From: Amoeboaphelidium protococcarum X5
Taxonomy: Eukaryota; Fungi; Aphelidiomycota
Assembly: GCA_023515725.1 (NCBI GenBank)
Contig: JALDTO010000263.1
Location: 1 to 26,802 of the forward strand
Direction of reading: 5' to 3'
DNA: 26,802 bases
The position numbers and the translations under genes are program-made. This document shows, piece after piece, positions 22,706-26,802 of the stretch; position 1 is the first letter of the stretch, and each line of letters opens with the position of its first letter. The notes below the pieces were generated by a model, which did no database searches, had not been told where the DNA came from, and saw only the letters and a list, made by a program, of their open reading frames with translations.

Positions 22706-23423
22706 TCACAAATCTTCATCTTCCTCAGGCAGAGGCTGTTGAGCAGCAGCTTCCAACTCCTTCTTGTACTGCTCCATCAATGCAGGATCGACAGACACCT
22801 CAGGTGGAGCCAGAGCAGGACTGGCAGCAAACTCCAGATTAGGGCTACCAGTCAACTTACGCGCCAACCACAGGAACGGCTTCTCAAAGTTGTAGTTGGA
22901 CTTGGCAGAGATATCGTAATACTGCAGATTCTTCTTGCGGTGGAACGTGATAGACTTGGCCTTCACCTTACGCTCTTTAATATCCACTTTGTTACCACAC
23001 AGCACAATAGGAATGTTCTCACAGACGCGGACCAAGTCACGATGCCAGTTTGGTACATTCTTATACGTGATACGAGAGGTGACATCGAACATGATAATTG
23101 CACACTTTCCATTAATACTACACAATTAATAAAGACAGTATTCAATATGAAGTACGAAAATTGATATACGACACAGTACAAATATAATCTTACTAATAAC
23201 CGTCGCGAAGACCACCAAACTTTTCCTATCCAGCAGTGTCCCAAGTGTCAAATCTGATTGGTCCAAAGTTGGTGGTGAAATTCAGAGGATGCACCTCGAC
23301 ACCGAGAGTGGCCACATATTTCTTTTCAAACTCACCAGTCAAGTGACGCTTCACAAAAGTAGTCTTTCCCGTACCACCGTCTCCGACTAGAACTAATTTA
23401 AAAGTAGGTGTATTGTCAGCCAT
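22706..23423 (-). CDS. RAN: GTP-binding nuclear protein Ran/Gsp1; intron 23118-23193
   Basis: [13 protein letters not shown][TAG=Q][34 protein letters not shown], acidic tail EEDEDL. Confidence 0.98.
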
Positions 23424-23930
23424 TTTCACTATAATAACTTTCTACTAAATAAAATAAAATTAGAAAACTCGTTCTGCACGCTTCAGCACAGAAAAAGAGG
23501 GAGAGTAACACGCTGTGGAAAGACGCGAGAACTAATGAGCGCTCGGTGTTCTTCTTATGAGGGGCACCACGTCGACGCGCGTTTCTCTTTTTTCAGATGA
23601 GTCTTGCTCGGTTTCTCATTTTCACTGGTTTGTCGTTGTAGATGAATTACCTCTGCGCAAGGAAAGATTGAATGGGCCTTTGATCGAATAGGAAATTTCG
23701 GTTTGGGTCATCATCTCTGAATGATGAATGATTGGATCGAACGCTCAATCCAGATTGTTGGTCCACTCGTTTCACTTTCATCAATCTATTCAACTAGTTC
23801 TTTAGTAAAATTACTGTATTCTAACCAAACATTTACTGAGAAAGTGATGCGTATTTCTTTAACATATAATGGTTGTTAAGAACGCTGATTGTCAGAAAAG
23901 ATACAACTACAATATATATAAAAATCTAAT

Positions 23931-24839
23931 TCAAAACATTCCAGTAACCTTGGTCACAATAATGACAATGACGATTAGCATAAGGAGACAGAACATGATA
24001 AAGCACATCTTTTTACGTGACTTCTTCTGCATTTTTACAGCCTTTTTCATCTCTTCTACACCTTTATTCGTATGCTCTGCAGCACTGGCGACGTACGTTT
24101 CAATCTGATTGATCATTTCACCTTGAGCGTCTACCAAAACGGCCATATCCAAGAACATTTAGTGCAGCTCTAACACAGACTTTTCAATTTTCATAATATC
24201 CTAATGTCTTTCTTGAATATCATATAACGCCTTCTTTGCCTCTGCATGCTGCGCGCCCATGAGAACTTACTGCGCAAACATCTGGCCGCCATCGGCTCCC
24301 TCCTCAATCGCCCGCTCAATCTCATCAGTGGTAGCATTTGGTTTCACAATTTTGTACTGACGTTCCAATCTATCCTTGTACTTGTTCTTGTACTTATTTT
24401 GCATTTGCTAGTACTCAGTCACAACTTCAATAAACTTCTTAGTCACATTAGTGTGCTGCGACAGTCTAATTCTTTGCTCTGAGGTCAAGTTTTGTTTCTG
24501 GGGATCAGCGCCAGCCTTCTTGTTTTAACTTTCCATCAGTTTAATTCTATTACGAGCGTTTTAGATCGAGACATTAGCTTCATCCATCAGTGCATCTAGT
24601 TTAGATTAATGATCCTTCTAATCGGAGATGGCAGTGAGTGCTTTGGAATGAAACTACTCTATATCTTGCACCTTGTGTTTGATAGCATTAACAGCAGTTT
24701 TAATCTCATCAACCTCTGTGAAAAACTCTTGAAGATTAGCCATCTCGCCACCGGACGGCTGGTCAATGTCAATAGTGGTATCAGCAGTCTTGCTAACACC
24801 ATCAGGCCCTTTAATATCTAAAAGTCTATCACGAGGCAT
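23931..24839 (-). CDS. Plasma-membrane syntaxin (Qa-SNARE, Sso1/Stx1-like)
   Basis: N-peptide MPRDRL, Habc domain, SNARE motif [38 protein letters not shown], C-terminal transmembrane helix; one frame. Confidence 0.93.
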
Positions 24840-25062
24840 ATTATCTGGTGTGGTTACAATAATTGTTTCAGTTTAATTGAGAGAGTATGTTTCAGCGGGA
24901 TGAAATCTATTGGTAACCATGAGCCCATTGAGTTTGGAGCCGAGTTGATCGAATCGTCGTCAAGGGAAGTATGGAAATTACAATTTTCTAAGCTGTGACT
25001 GCGAAGTTAATCAAGTTAAAACTAGAAAGTACAGCTTGCGCTATTTAATATCAGTAAAAACT

Positions 25063-26730
25063 TCATTCAAAAGCGCCCTTGATCACGGCAGCCTGCTCCT
25101 TCTTATATACAGTGGAAATTCCTGTGGCACAGGCGGCGTATGGCTTTCTACCAACATATTTCACCTGCTTACCATGCAGAGCTTTCACTAAGCGCGGACC
25201 CACAAAATCAAAAGCCCCCATATTACGCGGCTCTTCTTGGCAATAGATGAACTGATTCGCATTCGGATATTGTGATACAACTTTCTGTATGTGCTCTGCA
25301 GGAAATGGGCATAGTTCTTCTATTCTGACGAGAGAGACCTTTTCATCAAGAGATCTAGACGCACGCTCCTTTACCAAATCGTAATACAATTTTCCAGACA
25401 CAAATACAACTCTCTCGACTCCTTCAAAACCTCCATCTGCACGATCATTAAGCACGGGCTACCAGGATGTTTACGGTGCCATATCACTGAGATTCGATAC
25501 CGCTTGAGGAGATTTAAGCAGAGTTTTTGGACCAACGACAACCAATGGCTTTCTAAATGGGCGAACGATCTGGCGTCTCAAAGCATGGAAATACTGAGCT
25601 GGAGTAGTTGGATTAATCACGTGCCAGTTGATGTTGCCCGGATGCTGATCTGAATCATGCATATATTGATCATCAGAGCACTGAAGAAATCTCTCCATTC
25701 TACAAGTAGAGTGTTCTGGGCCAGCACCATCATAACCATGAGGCAGCAATACAACCAATCCACTCTATCTCAACCACTTTTATTCACCGCTGCTGATATA
25801 TGTATCAAAAATGACTTGAGCACCGTTGAAAAAATCACCAAATTATGCTTCCCAGATGTTAAAATTCTTTGGGCTCTCCAAACTATACCCATATTCAAAA
25901 CCAAGCACCGCGAACTCACTCAGACTCGAATTGGCCACCTCCAACTTGGCCTTCAATCCCTCAATTTCATTCAAAGGTATAATCGTCTTCTCAGTGTTCT
26001 AATCCACCAACATTGCATGGCGTTGACTAAAAGTCCCACGGCCAACATCCTGACCAGAGATTCTAACGTTAATACCTTGTTTTAGAAGAGAGCCAAACGC
26101 GAGAGCTTCCGCAGTGGCCCAATCAATACCACTACCACTTTCAATGCTCTTCAGTCTACTGTTGACGTGAAACTTTTCTAATCTTGGGTGGATTGTCATA
26201 CCAGCTGGCACCTTCACACTCGCCTCACCGACAGACTTTAGTACATCCAAATCAACACCTGAATCAATGACACTTATAGTCTCAACTGGATGTTACATAC
26301 CATCCCATCGCCCTTTCAAATGTTCAGATTTAGGCTAGTAAGTATTCGCAGCCTCCAGGTGCTTATCCAACTTGTCAAAATATTAATCACGGAACGCTTT
26401 AACATCGGTGTCCTTAACGACTTCCTCCTTGATCAATCTTTGTTCATACGTCTCAGGTACACTTTGACGTCCTCTAATCTTTTGATACATGAGAGGCTGA
26501 GTAAATGCAGGCTCATCCAATTCATTATGCCCCCATCGTCTGTAAGTGATCACGTCCAGAATGACATCACGCCTAAACTTCATTCTGTATTCAAGAGCCA
26601 GTGAGGCAGCATATGCAACCTCTTCTGCATGATCCCCATTAACATGTATAACAGGAGCATTAATCATCTTTCCAACGTCAGAAGCATATATAGAACTTCT
26701 GCTATTGATAGCTGGAGTAGTGTAACCAAT
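25063..26730 (-). CDS. DHTKD1: 2-oxoadipate/2-oxoglutarate dehydrogenase E1, DHTKD1-like; 5' part absent from the window
   Basis: [34 protein letters not shown] (W/EL is DHTKD1-type), [30 protein letters not shown][TAA=Q][25 protein letters not shown]. Confidence 0.88.
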
Positions 26731-26802
26731 GTTGAGCTGAAACCGTGTTGACGCGTTTCAGTCACTCACTCTCTCTCTTTATCATATAAGAGTTGAAACA
26801 AC

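Noticed and set aside
23640-23790. U3 snoRNA, RNase P/MRP or hammerhead ribozyme
   Set aside because: Only isolated short motifs are present; the required partners (U3 box A, P4 pairing, hammerhead stem II) are missing.
11084-26604. Antisense ORFs such as 11084-11509, 11711-12127, 13543-13941, 21388-21915, 22739-23164, 25657-26085 and 26290-26604
   Set aside because: Each lies opposite a well-supported gene and has no motif of its own.
730-26730. Cluster of pseudogenes with many nonsense mutations
   Set aside because: Internal stops are only TAA/TAG, never TGA; there are no frameshifts; they fall at conserved Gln sites in essential genes.
1-26802. Prokaryotic or phage origin, CRISPR arrays, defence systems, tRNA/rRNA genes, transposase or reverse transcriptase ORFs
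   Set aside because: Genes are eukaryotic with GT-AG introns, and I saw no repeat-spacer array, tRNA cloverleaf or mobile-element protein motif.

Overview
A gene-dense eukaryotic (opisthokont, fungus-related) nuclear region with about 17 protein-coding genes, short spliceosomal introns and short intergenic spacers. The ORF track is fragmented because the organism does not use the standard code: TAA and TAG encode Gln and TGA is the only stop (table 6-like). TAR codons sit at invariant Gln positions, e.g. Ran DTAG[TAG]EK and 2-oxoacid dehydrogenase E1 WEA[TAA]FGDF. This code plus the gene content suggests an aphelid such as Amoeboaphelidium protococcarum (inference). Genes in order: AAA+ ATPase, NF-YC-type histone-fold protein, divergent KAP3, NDC80, cyclin K/L-like, YAE1, UDP-glucuronate 4-epimerase-like, SEC14, membrane J-protein, OSTF1, SURF1, ATP19-like, MAPK phosphatase, FAH, RAN, syntaxin, and a 5'-incomplete DHTKD1-like gene. 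Less obvious signals: all 13 inferred introns end in GTAG; one oversized cyclin intron folds into a long hairpin that coincides with a putative stop-containing cassette exon; (NTGA)n arrays follow several stop codons; and TAR codons are unevenly placed along genes. All homology calls come from recalled motifs, not database searches.
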